Assembly: GCF_033153115.1 (NCBI RefSeq)
Contig: NW_026889757.1
Location: forward strand, 11,656,001-11,720,000
Direction: 5' to 3'
Length of the DNA stretch: 64,000 bases
Source: Saccostrea echinata
Lineage: Eukaryota
Under the pieces are notes generated by a model. The model did not search any database, was not told the origin of the DNA, and saw only the letters and a list, made by a program, of their open reading frames with translations. The position numbers were made by a program, and so were the translations under genes. Positions 13,491 through 25,438 of the stretch are shown piece by piece. How positions within the stretch are numbered: the stretch's first letter is position 1; each line of letters begins with the position of its first letter.

Positions 13491-14158
13491 ATGTCAGATG
13501 AGGATAAAAAATATGCCTATCTTCCCTCAAGTAAACAAAGAGTTAAATATTTAGATCCACCAACAGGAGGAAGACCATACATAGAAGGATTTGAAAGTGT
13601 ATCCGATGTTACCCAGGAAAGTTTCTCGGAGAAATTATTTGCATATTCCAAGAAAAATCCTTTTGTGATAGCAGGTATAAACAGACATTGCGTAATCATT
13701 GATCTTTATCAATTTTATTAAAAAAAAAAATCACTGCACTCCAAAAATCTTTTACAGGATATTATCAAAATCTCAAATAGGTAATGATACTTGCAAAGAT
13801 GCAAATACAGTTATTGTGGCAAGCTGTTAAAAATGTAAACTGTAAAACTGTATATCCCATTGTTATTCCAGGTTTTGGTGTTTGTTTTTATGCCTTTGTC
13901 AACGGAGTTCGGGCTGTCAAGAATAGGAACGCCGCTCTATCTGAGAAAATGATGGCTATTAGAGCCGGATCAGGGGTATTCATCATTGCAGCATTATGCC
14001 TTGGAAATTACTACCATAATGGAACATTTTTCCCTACAGCTAAAATTGAGGAGAAAGCTGAGCAAGAGAGGAGGCGAGCCAATGTGTATTATATGGCTAT
14101 GAAACGTAAAGAGGAGGCAGAGGGAAGTGGGGGAGGGACCGCAACTGTCAACACATAG
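13491..14158 (+). CDS. HIGD2A: HIG1 domain family member 2A-like (mitochondrial complex IV/supercomplex factor), 2 exons, ~156 aa
   Basis: Exons 13491-13674 and 13872-14158 (phase 1). The sequence ESFSEKLFAYSKKNPFVIAGFGVCFYAFVNGVRAVKNRNAALSEKMMAIRAGSGVFIIAALCLG aligns by eye to the HIG1 core (EK....ENP.VP.G.......L..G......GN...SQ.MMR.R..AQG.T..A...G). The head-to-head position with NOP16 supports HIGD2A orthology. Confidence 0.8.
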
Positions 14159-14679
14159 ACACATATAAAGATAACTGGGGGGGGGGGGGGGGGGAGAGTG
14201 ACTTTGTACACTTTGAAATAAATGCACAATATGTATCATGTATATATATTATTGATCAATGTTTTGTATCAACATGTCTTCTGTAATTGTTTAATAAAGC
14301 TAGGAAGTCAGCAAAGATACATACTCTTTAATTACAGTCTGTAGTGTTATGATTACATGATCTCATGTAATGGTATGGTCATATAGCCTTAAGCAAGGTA
14401 GGAATAACATATGAGCATACCATTTCTATATCATGTGCTGTAGAATAACTGTTAAAGAGAACACATTGTATAGAAAATATTTATTTATTCTTAGATCTTA
14501 CCACTAAACACTTAGATTATGCACATAATTGTCATCAATTCAAACCATCAACTCTCATGCATGCAGCACTTAAACAGAAGTGAATTAAGTCATGATGATG
14601 TTTTTTATGAAACAAATAATTTTGCTACTGAAATATTATTTCATTTAATGTACATGTATAGTTTTGTAATGATCAATTT

Positions 14680-17600
14680 TCAAGTTTTTGTGGATGGCTT
14701 TGTTGTCAGCAGTGATCGCAGGCTTCCAGAAGACTCAAATGGCATCTGATGCTTGATTCCACCTACACAAAAAGGAAAGGTCATTATAAGTCATATCAAG
14801 ATAAAATTTCCTTGGTATATAACAAGATTTTCTGCTCACAGTTGGGGATGTATTTCGCCACTTTCCAACATTGGTCAATCAACAACCTATCATTCCCTAA
14901 ATTGTAGAAATATTCTATAAACAACCTGTATATTTTATCCACTTCCTAACCTTCATTAGTGTTTATAATCATCTCTACAGATCAATAAACTCGCTATTGT
15001 GAATTTGTTGTGGGATTGCAAAAAATTCACAAGTGAGTTTATTGGTCTGTAGAGGCAACTATAAAGAATTAGGAGATGGATAAAATAATTATACAGATTG
15101 GTTTAAGGAATAACTGTCTAATTTTTTGGTTTCATGATGTGATCAATCGATTGGCTTGCGAGATAATTTGCATAAACGCCGAAGGCGTTTATGCATAAAA
15201 TTATCACACAAGCCAATCGATTGATCATTGTCATGAAACCAAAAAATCTGACAGTTATTCCTTATATTTAGTACATGCTCTTGATTCTGCCAATTTACGT
15301 GCTACAAGCCCCCGCTTCTGTCTCTATTTGTGCTGCCCCGTAAGGCCGTTCAGTGATTTTTTTTCACCAGGCCTATCGATGAACCAGTAGATTTATGTAG
15401 AAATAAAGTATTTTTACTATTTGAAATTTTGTCTCGGACAAAGACATTGGAAATGTAAATATGTAGAAATAAAGTATTTTTACTATTTGTAGTTTTATCT
15501 CGGACAAAGACATTGGAAATGTAAATATTATAGAATATGTCTACAATAAGGGAATGAAAGGCAGTTGATTGATCAATACTGGAAAGTGGCAAAATACATC
15601 TCCAACCATGCGCAGAAAATCTTGCGCCGTAAATTGCACCATATTTGCATTAAAGGATCTGTAGCGTTATGTCAAAGACTAAAATATCAAACCATAAAGC
15701 TACAGTTCTGCAGTGAATTTACAAGATAAATGTTCGTGGGGATGTATATACGGTAAGGGTAACCCACGACATTGGTCCCCTACGCACAATGATGATTCCA
15801 CAGTAGCTTTCCAGGGTTCGACACTCGTCAAAATTTGGACTCGCCATTTGGGCAACCTTGGTACTGATTTCAGGTTGCCCAAATGAATTTCAGGTTGCCC
15901 AAACAAAATATCAAATGAAAAAAAATGTGCATTTGTTTAAAATTTGTTAAGATAACAGAAGTTGTGCTTCTGTATTATAAAATGTACACCAGACATTTTT
16001 GGAATGCCAAAAGCTGTCTTCCAGTGTTTTATCAAACAAAAATAACAGCCAACAAATATTAATAAGTAGAATCAGAATGCTAATTAGGCTTTAAAAATTA
16101 TGTTTGTTTCATGTAACATTAATTCCCAATGAATCAAGGGTTGGTAGGTGGGGATTTTTTTTTTTTTTTTTTTTTTTTGCTAATGTACAATCTCACCTCA
16201 CATACTAACACAAAATAAACTTTCTAGTTTAAAACATTCATTTTCTCTTACCATAAAGGCCTAAATAAATGGGGTCAAGCATCCCTGGACTGAATTAACC
16301 AGGAGTGATGTTTACACTGGACACCCAACATGGCTGTCTAGCAGCAGAAAACGAACATTAGAAAGTTGTGGGGGAAATGCTAGATGTTACAATAATGATC
16401 ATTACCCTTTATATTAATGGTGATTGTTGACTAAGTTTACATATTTTATATCTCAAATAAAACTTAATTTAACACTTTTGGTAAAAATTACATCAGCTGA
16501 TTGATCAAACACAAATTTGACAGAAAGAAAAATCCTATTTGAATGGGTCGGTCGGGTTACAGGAAACAATGTTTTCAAGGCCTTATAAAGTTTCTTTTAA
16601 AATATTAAACAACATTATTGAATATTCCCAACTCGTCCCAGGTCGTCATTTGGGCGAGCCACACTGAAAATCAGGTCGTCCAAAATCATTCCGGGATGGA
16701 AATGACGAGGTGACGAGCGTGAATGTCGAACCCTGGCTTTCAATTTCTTTGACCAAAAAAAAAAGATTTAAAAAGTCAAAGTCATAAATAATACTGACAA
16801 TTTGCAATTTTAAAAGCATAGAAAAGCTCACCAGAGATTATAGCTCAAATGAGATAAAAATCTCACCTTTAATAAGTGCAACTCTGAATGCATCATATCC
16901 TATTGTGGGATCCTGCAACATCTCTGTACCAACACTCTCATTGGTGTCTGTTTTACTTATCTCAAACTTGACCCACTTGTAATTACTGCAACGTTTGGCC
17001 CCAGGGGAGCTCTGAATGAGATTCTGTACCACTGGGTGGGTCAGCCCAAAGAAATCTGCACCCCTTCCTGAGGGTTCAAGTATCTCCATACCTCTGTAAG
17101 GGAAGTAACTCTGATTAACTTATCTCCTAATTTATAAATACTGATATACCCTATAATAAATTGAGTACTTTTAAAATACAAGGACTATATATGTAACAAT
17201 CAAGTGAGAAAAATGCAATGACTAGATCAGGATTTGAATCAAGGCCCCTTGAGGCGTAAGTCAGGTGCTTTAACAACTGATCTATCTTGCCACCAGTGCT
17301 CAAACCTGTCTAACTGCCACATTCCTCCCTCCTTAAGTTTTTGTCCCCAAAGACTACAACCCTGGCTATTCCCTGGTCTTGCACTTGTCACTTCCAGGGC
17401 ATGGCATGACACCAAATGTAACCAGCAAAGGGAGAAAAATGTGACAGACAGACAGGATTTGTGCCTGGGTTCCCTGAATCACTAGGTGCTCTACCGAGCT
17501 ATCTGGCCACTGCCTAACCACCACACACAAATCATCAAATTTTGTCATACTACATTATTCTTATAACTTGAAATGCCAAGAAAAAAGAGAGCTGAATTTA

Positions 17601-19441
17601 ATAAAACTTGATTGTGAAGTATAACAAGGAACATATTTTGGTTGGCAATTAAATCTAAATATTTATTACTGTAGAACTTTTTTTTTCAATTTTTTGTTTT
17701 GTTTTCTTTTTTGCTACCATGTTTATATTTCTACTGACCTTGACCTATTAATCATGTTGATCAGCTGATTGTGACATTCTCCAATAGAATGGCTGCTTAA
17801 TACCAGATCTTCATCATCATCAGCATCTATTTCAAACTGCAAAAACCACAATAAATAAGTTAGTGTCAAGAAATCTTGAAAGTTACTAAAAGAAAAAAAG
17901 TCATTTACCATAGAGACCCAATTTTTCTTCTGTTGATTTATATAATAATGAAAAATTCTGAAATTGGTGAATTCTAGTTCATCCATTGCTATAGCTCAAA
18001 GCTTTCTGATATCAATGATAGAATATCACAGCTTAATGAACATAGAAGTTTAAACTCCTTATCAACTCTTAAATAAACATGGAAACATTGTACTGAAACC
18101 TATACGATAACACAATACTCTCATGAAACTGAAAAAGTCATACATGTATATATCAATATTTGGCCTATTCTTTTTAAAGAAGTGGAAAGGCATACCCTAC
18201 ATGAAAAATGAAAAAAAAAACTAACTTACCAGAGGCCCCTGTACACTGCTGGAGATTTTACAGGTATACAGGCACTTTTTGTCTGGAAACACAGTGGAGG
18301 CATAGTACCTTGTTGTACAGAAACCTTCTGGAAATATACACTGGACATTGTGGAAACTAGGTCTGTCTACCACAATCTGAAAATGGTGTATAATTTCATT
18401 GGTAACTTAATGTACATGTAAAAGAAAAACAAAACATGAACACTTTCCACTCTTGACACATTTAAATTATTTACATCAAATTTGATTTTAAAAATAGTGA
18501 TGCATATATTAGACATTAAAACCTTCCTCTGCATTTTAAATTTAGTCCTCTCTGGACAGTAATCACAAAAGACAAGCTTCACTTCACGGAAACTGGCTTC
18601 TCAATAATATTTTTTTCTCTTTAAAAATTAGATGTAACTGGAGATGTCCAAATAGGACTTATATCCCCATAGTCCAAAATATCTGACATTTTCCAGGCAT
18701 TTGATTCTATTTGCAAATATTGAAAATCAAGTTCAGCTGGGGGCAGGAAAATTTCCACTTTTCATAATGGGCTGGTTCTGACTTTTGCCTGGTATGTCAA
18801 ATATTAATCGTGAAAAATGCCTAGAAAACGTCAGATATTTCTGACTAATACCCCCACAATCAGAATGGCTCACTGTAAAAAATCTCTGTACAAAAATGTC
18901 TACAGACAGATGGACATGGCAATTCCAGTATAAAAATGTTAATGTCCTGTACTTTAACATAAAGACAAGTTCTCATCTAAATATTACCTCCCCTAAACTA
19001 TGCAGAGTCAGATCCCCCATTATGAGGGGAAAGATGGGTCTGCCCATGGAGTCTAACTGTAATGGAGGCACTACACGCTTGGTCACTTGTGACTTGGACT
19101 TCTTGGGCTTTGTCTGCATTGTTTCTGAAAATGATGAACCATGGAAATATTATTACCCACACTACATGTACTATGAATTTAAAAATACATGATTATGAAT
19201 CATATAATATATTCACAGTCGAGAATGTATCATGTGTGTAGAATTACAAATGGGAAAGCTGCCAGCTGGTTTTGGTAATGTTTATACAAACATTCACTTA
19301 GATTTGCTTTTGGTTTATACACTTAAATAAACTAAGAATATTTCAATATTAAATTTGTATATAAAACTTTCCAAGAAACATACAAACTCTGAAGTGGAAA
19401 ATTTCAGAATTGATATTACATTGGTAATTATAACAAAAATT

Positions 19442-19523
<82 letters not shown>

Positions 19524-22500
19524 TGCATTCCTACAAAAAAAGTGAAGCTTTGGGCTTCCTCATAAATTATTTTTTTTAAACACTGATAAAATACACTTCA
19601 GTATCTTTATTTTTTGTGGTATGTGTTATTGTACTATTTTGAGTACCCAATATTTCTTTGGCTACTGTGGGCACTGCTGTTGCTGATTTCCGTTTGTCTG
19701 TCCCACCAGAAGACTTCTTTTTGGACTTGCTCTTGATGATTGATGGTTCTGGATTACCCTCAGCAACAGATATCATAGACTTACTACTACTGCCACCTGG
19801 TGATACTTTACCAGGGGCAGGTAATCCATCTTTCAGGGATTCGTAGTGAAGGAGTTTTCTTAACAGAAACCTTCAACGAAATATATCTGTTAATTGTACA
19901 AGTTTTTTTTTTAACTACAACATTGCCAAATGAGCATAAGAATTTTGGCAATATGTATCTTTTTAAAGCAATGTTGTCTGCATAATTTCTGCAGTTCATG
20001 TAATCGATCTCAAATTTGCTTTTCAAGCATATACTGTACACTGCATGTACAAATAGCAATCAAGGAAATATCAAGAGTAAATTTTGTTTACTAGATATCT
20101 TATAAATGTATTGATTTAATTTTTTCAATGAATATCTGACAAATATATTAATTCAATTTATATGAATATGGCTAGCCACTTTACCTCCTTTCTTCTTTAG
20201 CTTTAGCAATCTTTTCCTCAACATGGACCACTTCGTCACAGATTGAAGCATTGACCTACACATATGTTTAAATACAAAGGAAATGTAAAAACACTGCATG
20301 TAACAATTTACATCTACCTGTACATATTCAATACATGTTGGGAAAAGCAATGACACTTTAACCATATCTTATTTTCACACAAAAATTTGAGAGTTGCCTT
20401 CTAATTTTGAATTTGAAAGCTACAAGCCAATCAATATAAGTGAATCATGAATTTAATTTTCATCTCATTTCAAGCTAAATTTGCAACTCTGAAAAATGTT
20501 GTTTTGTAAATACACATTCACATACTAATGTCATTTGATAAGTTTTTTCACCAACCCCATTTTTGTTATCTAAAACACGTTTTGGAGTCCCCATACTTAC
20601 AAACATTAAATCTTTGATGACTTTTTTGAGTCTTTTCCATCGCTTCAGATATGGATTCACTGGCACAGTTCTGGTTACAACTGCTGGTTTTGTTCCCACA
20701 ACAACTCTTCAAAATAATTCATGAATACTTTTAAGGTTTCATTAGTCATTCAAATGCAATCAAAAATACAGGCCGGTGGGTAAATGGTGGGTAAAATTAG
20801 GGCTGGTCGGTTAACGGAAACACATATTTTTTTTAGCCTTACCTGCCAGCTTGAACATTCTTCAAAATCATTCCATGGGGTCCTTTAATGACTTGTGTGA
20901 CATGCGGATTACTTGTACTGGTCCCTGATCCACTCATCATAGGACCAGCATGAGAGGTCTTCAATAAAGATGTTCCAGCTGTGGTATTTATCAACTGTGT
21001 AAATTAAATCAATTTCAAATAATTAGTTTTGTGGTCACTTTTAGGGGGACTGTAATAAGTATACCAATATAATTATGTAGTAGAGGTACTTTTATTAAAA
21101 ATTATAAAAGTTGAAATGATTTTAAATGAAATAAAATAAATATAAACTAAATAAACTATTAAATATGTTATAAATGCATAAATGATAAGTTTTCTAGTAA
21201 AGTTTCATTCTGTTCATTCTTTACTAACATGGGTATTTAGTGACATAGATATACACCCCTTTGAATCCACACCTGTACATATACTTTTACATGACCACAC
21301 ACATATCTATTGGTCAGATTTTGAAATGGTTAGATTTCATTGGTTGTAAATTTGGTCTTTGTGGGGTACTGAGTTTTATTCAGATTTAGCTCAAGATTTC
21401 ATGGTGTAAGACATACAGTTTAAGCTGCTGACTTTATTTATTTCTGAAGACCTAAGACAGTTCCTGAAAATGTAAGTTTTACCCTTTTATGCCTTAAGAT
21501 ATGTTTTCCATAATTTATGTGAAATAGGTGGAAAACAGAATATTTTACTTTTAAATGTTAACATATTGAATTATCTGTCTGTATAATCAGATGTAGATAA
21601 ATCTGATGGAGTTTTCTTATTAATTAATTTGTATATATACCTAGAAATATTTTGATGTGAATATTTTGGTAATCAAACTAATTTAAATATCTATTGGTTA
21701 TGAGAAAGGTATTTGTAAAGAACAAATCCCTGATTATTTTATTTGTTGTACATAGGTAACACCATAAGTAAACCATATAAATAATTGAAATTGGAGAAAG
21801 TTCAATTCCATAAATTGGTATGTCTATCTGTATATATATATTATGATTTGTAAGAAACATAAAAGAAAGATAACTCTTCACAAGACTGTTAAGAGTAATT
21901 ATGTTGTAAGAGTTAACTCCCTTATATAGAATATCTTCATTTTATCATATCGAGTTAAATTGATAAATATGATAATTAATTGTAAAAGGGAATACAGATA
22001 ATTTGTTATATTTTTATGATCAGAATATTAGATAATTGATATATTGTTTGTACATATTTTTATGATGCAATTTGTATATTGCAGGACATTTCCATATTAT
22101 CCATTTATCTATCATCAACTATGTCACCTTAATAAAAGAATAATTTAAAATTTACAACTGAGTGTGTTTCCATCATTGCCGGGAATACCTGCTACAATTA
22201 TATATCTAGATACTTTACTTTAAACTATGACATGCCATAAAAATTCAAAATATACTGATAAAAGATGAAACCCATAGATCTATATGATCTAAGTCCAAGG
22301 AATTTTTACAAGCTAACAAGAATTTGATGTAGCATTTTAATAATCCATATGGTAGTTTAAATGAACTACATCGTTGAAGTGAAACTACATGGCGCTGAAT
22401 ATAACTGTTCTTTATTGTAAGACAAAAGGTAGATTGCTCTCGTCAGGAAAGATTTTAGCATGTTTGGGAAAACTAAATGTTCAAAATGATTCGAATTTCC

Positions 22501-22681
22501 TCGACACCATAAACTCTCTATACACATGATGAAAATTCACCTGAGATGGTTTCCCAGTAAGAAGACTAATATGACTGTGGGATCGCTGAGCAACATTTTC
22601 ATGTGACGCTTGTTTGTTGAGGTCAGCTTGATACTGCTGCAAAAACGCTGAATCTTGACTAAAAATTTTGTTCGGATCCAT
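14680..22681 (-). CDS. TBRG1: Transforming growth factor beta regulator 1 (NIAM), FYRN/FYRC protein, 10 exons, ~461 aa
   Basis: Exons 22681-22541, 20994-20843, 20706-20601, 20255-20185, 19870-19647, 19124-18988, 18376-18230, 17836-17739, 17093-16867 and 14762-14680; all phase-consistent. Motifs: KRLKKVIKDLMFVNASICDEVVHVEEKIAKAKEERRFLLRKLL; LDSMGRPIFPLIMGDLTLHSLGEI..DRPSFH...IFPEGFCTTRYYAS...KKCLYTCKI (FYRN); GADFFGLTHPVVQNLIQSSPGAKRCSNYKWVKFE (FYRC). Confidence 0.93.
14823..15624. mobile_element. Fold-back element with ~100 bp TIRs enclosing two internal hairpins
   Basis: 14823-14920 is the imperfect reverse complement of 15528-15624. Internal palindromes lie at ~14923-15100 and 15105-15264 (the latter centred on GCC-GAA-GGC). 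Confidence 0.65.
15812..16735. mobile_element. hAT-like non-autonomous DNA transposon with 6-bp TSD, containing a nested Zator-like MITE (~16087-16583)
   Basis: GCTTTC|CAGGGTTCGACA...TGTCGAACCCTG|GCTTTC. The inner element is homologous to 56954-57373. Confidence 0.7.
17192..17554 (-). mobile_element. Miniature non-autonomous LTR element (TRIM) with tRNA-like sequence in both LTRs (Ajax-like)
   Basis: On the minus strand: 5' LTR TGT...GTTACA (17554-17417), PBS-like TTTGGTGTCA, ~95 bp internal region, polypurine tract AAGGGAGGGAGGAA, then 3' LTR TGT...GTTACA (17321-17192). Both LTRs carry degenerate A-box (GATAGCTCGGTAGAGCA / GATAGATCAGTTGTTAAAGCA) and B-box-like (CACAAATCCTG / GATTCAAATCCTG) motifs. 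Confidence 0.7.
19444..19520. repeat. (TA)n microsatellite
   Basis: Perfect TA run of ~38 units in TBRG1 intron 5. Confidence 0.95.
21076..22196 (+). mobile_element. Probable solo LTR (Gypsy-type) in TBRG1 intron 1
   Basis: ATTA|TGTAG...CTACA|ATTA: TG..CA termini, 5-bp inverted ends and a 4-bp TSD; AATAAA at 22131, near the 3' end; 1121 bp. Confidence 0.6.
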
Positions 22682-22808
22682 TTTTTCTTCCTTAGGTGCA
22701 CAACAAATCGTTCGTAAAGTAACTCGTAAGGTAACTCGTACAAAGATTCTTGACCCCCCCCCCCCCCTTTCTTTCAATTTTATTGCCTATCCATTATCTA
22801 AGTTCCAC

Positions 22809-22933
22809 CACAGGGGCTTGCTCCCGGCGTGTAATAATTATTTATTAAAAAAAAATCATATACGTTAATACTAAAACGTATATGATTTTTTTTTAAATAA
22901 ATAATTATTACACGCCGGGAGCAAGCCCCTGTG
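22809..22933. mobile_element. 125-bp palindromic MITE with 7-bp TSD (P-element-like termini) just upstream of TBRG1
   Basis: GTTCCAC|CACAGGGGCTTGCTCCCGGCGTGTAATAATTATTTA...TAAATAATTATTACACGCCGGGAGCAAGCCCCTGTG|GTTCCAC; near-perfect hairpin with a ~9 nt loop. Confidence 0.8.
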
Positions 22934-23589
22934 GTTCCACCTCTGGATGCTGAACTTTAAAAAAAAACTAAAACAATAGTGTATACCTATTGATATGCAA
23001 AAAGATCACAGATACTTGGGTCTTCGTTTATAAAGACATATAACATGTAGCGGTATCTCATATTTTTATAAACTAAGATCCAAGTATTGTGGATTAAATA
23101 AGAGATTAATCCTTGATATATACCAGGTACATGTATATAGATGAGTTTTGTTTGCAATTATTTGTTTTGTTATGTCGTTGTTGTTGTTTTTTTAATTTGT
23201 TTTGTTTTGTTTTAATTTGCCCCCCCCCCTTTTTTTTGGTTTTTGATTTGTCTTGTTTTTTGAACTTTCTTTTATTTTGGTGAATAAGTTCAATTTAAAA
23301 TTTTCTTCAATTTTTTCCAAAGTATAACTTACGTTACACTGTATTATAAATTGTCATGCAACAAGGACATAAAGTTGGAACAGTTTTAACTCGTTTTTGA
23401 TTCCTATTAGGCCCTATTTACTGTGCATTTAGGATGACTTATTTAAATGAAATAATGAAAGCCAAAACATCTGCGGTAGAAATAAAGCGTCTGAAACAGA
23501 TTCCTATCCCCCCTTTTTAAACAATGTAATTGAACTATATAACCCCACCCCCCTTAAAAAGGAGTTTGTACAAATAAGACACTGGTGCT

Positions 23590-24990
23590 GGGAACAAACT
23601 TTCAAATTCACAACAAAGAGTGAATTTGGTAGGTTTTTCATCAGCATATAGAACTATAGATGCTGGAGTGGCTCAGGGATCTGTACTTGATCCGTTCTTG
23701 TTTTTGTTATACATCAATGATATAGCTAAAAATATATCAAGTAATATTCGATTGTTTGCTGATGATACTTCTTTGTTTGCCATTATAGAAAATAATATTA
23801 CTAATCCAACAATGCCCCTTACTCAAGATCTTGAAAAATTAATAAATTGGTCCAAAGCTTTGGCTGTAGATTTTAATAGTGAAAAAAACTGTTAATGTTG
23901 ATTTTACAAGAAATCATATAAGTTATCCCTGCATTCAGTTTGGATATGGAGGTGATTATATAAAACAATAAAAGACTCATGTTCATTTAGGAGTACAATT
24001 TCAGGCAGATGTGTCTTGGAATAATCATATATAATGTAATTTTAGTTATAACGCGGTATTTGATTGGATAAAAAAATTACTTTGGGGTGCCTACGTCACA
24101 ATTACTTGCGTCAAAAACGTATCGATCCGCCTGACGTTACCTTTAAATTTTGTACAATTTGAAGTAATTTTTTATGCGCAATCATCTTTTTTCTTACAAT
24201 AAATGAATGAAATAAATAGCTACCCAATTTATACGGTATAAAGTGGGTTGGAACAGTTTACAATTTGAAGTAATTTTTTATGCGCAATCATCTTTTTTCT
24301 TACACTAAATGAGTGAAATAAATAGCTACCCAATTTATACGGTATAAAGTGGGTTGAAACAGTTTACACTTTTTTTATAAACCGCTTCCCAGTTTATAAA
24401 GTGTAAACTGCCCCAACCTACTTTATACCATATAAATTGGGTAGCTATTAAATTCATTACTTAAATCAAACATATATATGAAAGGGCATGTAAAAGACTG
24501 AATATACTTAGGTTATTGAAACATAGTATAGATAGAAATTCACTTATAAAATATTTTGCTTTCATAAGGCCAATCTTAGAATATGTAGACATTGTGTGGG
24601 ATAATTGTACACAAAGTAATTCAGAATTGCATGAAAAAGCTCAGATAGAAGCTGCCAGGATTATTACTGGGCTTAGGGTTAATTCTTCAAGAACTTGTTT
24701 GTATGGTGAACTTGGATGGGAACCATGCATTATATCTTAGAAGAGAAAAACACAAACTTAAGTTAATGTATAAAATAATCAATGGTTCTGCACCTGATTT
24801 ATTTGTACGAATCGATTCAACCCTTTTTTCCAATTCAACATGCATACAACCTAAGGTCTGGATGTAATACCAGTTTTTTAAAACAATGTCTTAGTATAAT
24901 AATTTTACTCCCTCAATTATAAAACTTTGTGAGAGTCTTAGTGAAGATGTCAAAAAACTCTCCATTATTATCTATCCTTAAAGCAGAACT
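23590..24990 (+). pseudogene. Degenerate CR1/L2-group LINE RT fragment, interrupted by an insertion at ~24030-24465
   Basis: Fragments GVAQGSVLDPFLFLLYINDI..IRLFADD, HVHLGVQF, IRPILEYVDIVWDNC and ELGWEP, with frameshifts and stops. The insert carries a ~106 bp tandem duplication and a hairpin at 24323-24447. Confidence 0.85.
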
Positions 24991-25017
24991 TAAAAGTTGG
25001 CGAGCAACTCAATCTAA

Positions 25018-25097
25018 TTAAAACTAGATGTTCCGAATCCGCTACCTCTTCTCAAACGTTTGAGAAGCGGAAACGGATTCGGAACATCTAATTTTAA
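25018..25097. repeat. ~80 bp palindrome (hairpin MITE remnant)
   Basis: TTAAAACTAGATGTTCCGAATCCG...CTTCTCAAACGTTTGAGAAG...CGGATTCGGAACATCTAATTTTAA. Confidence 0.7.
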
Positions 25098-25334
25098 TTA
25101 AGTTGCAGGCGTCGATCCAGGAATTTTTTTCAGGGGGGGGGGGGTCTACTCCAGTCAGAAAAAAAAATCCAACCCAGAAAATTGACAAAAACATGATAAA
25201 CCTATTCCGGGGGGGGGGGGACTTTTAAAGCTTCATACCTATGACTTTTCATACCAACATAACACATATCCGCGTTTATTAGGGGGGTCCAAGGTCACTT
25301 TTAGTTGGTTTAGTATATCCATTTAGTAACTCGG

Positions 25335-25337
<3 letters not shown>

Positions 25338-25415
<78 letters not shown>
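25338..25415. repeat. (TA)n microsatellite
   Basis: Perfect TA run. Confidence 0.95.
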
Positions 25416-25420
<5 letters not shown>

Positions 25421-25438
25421 CTTTCTAAAGATTGATTA

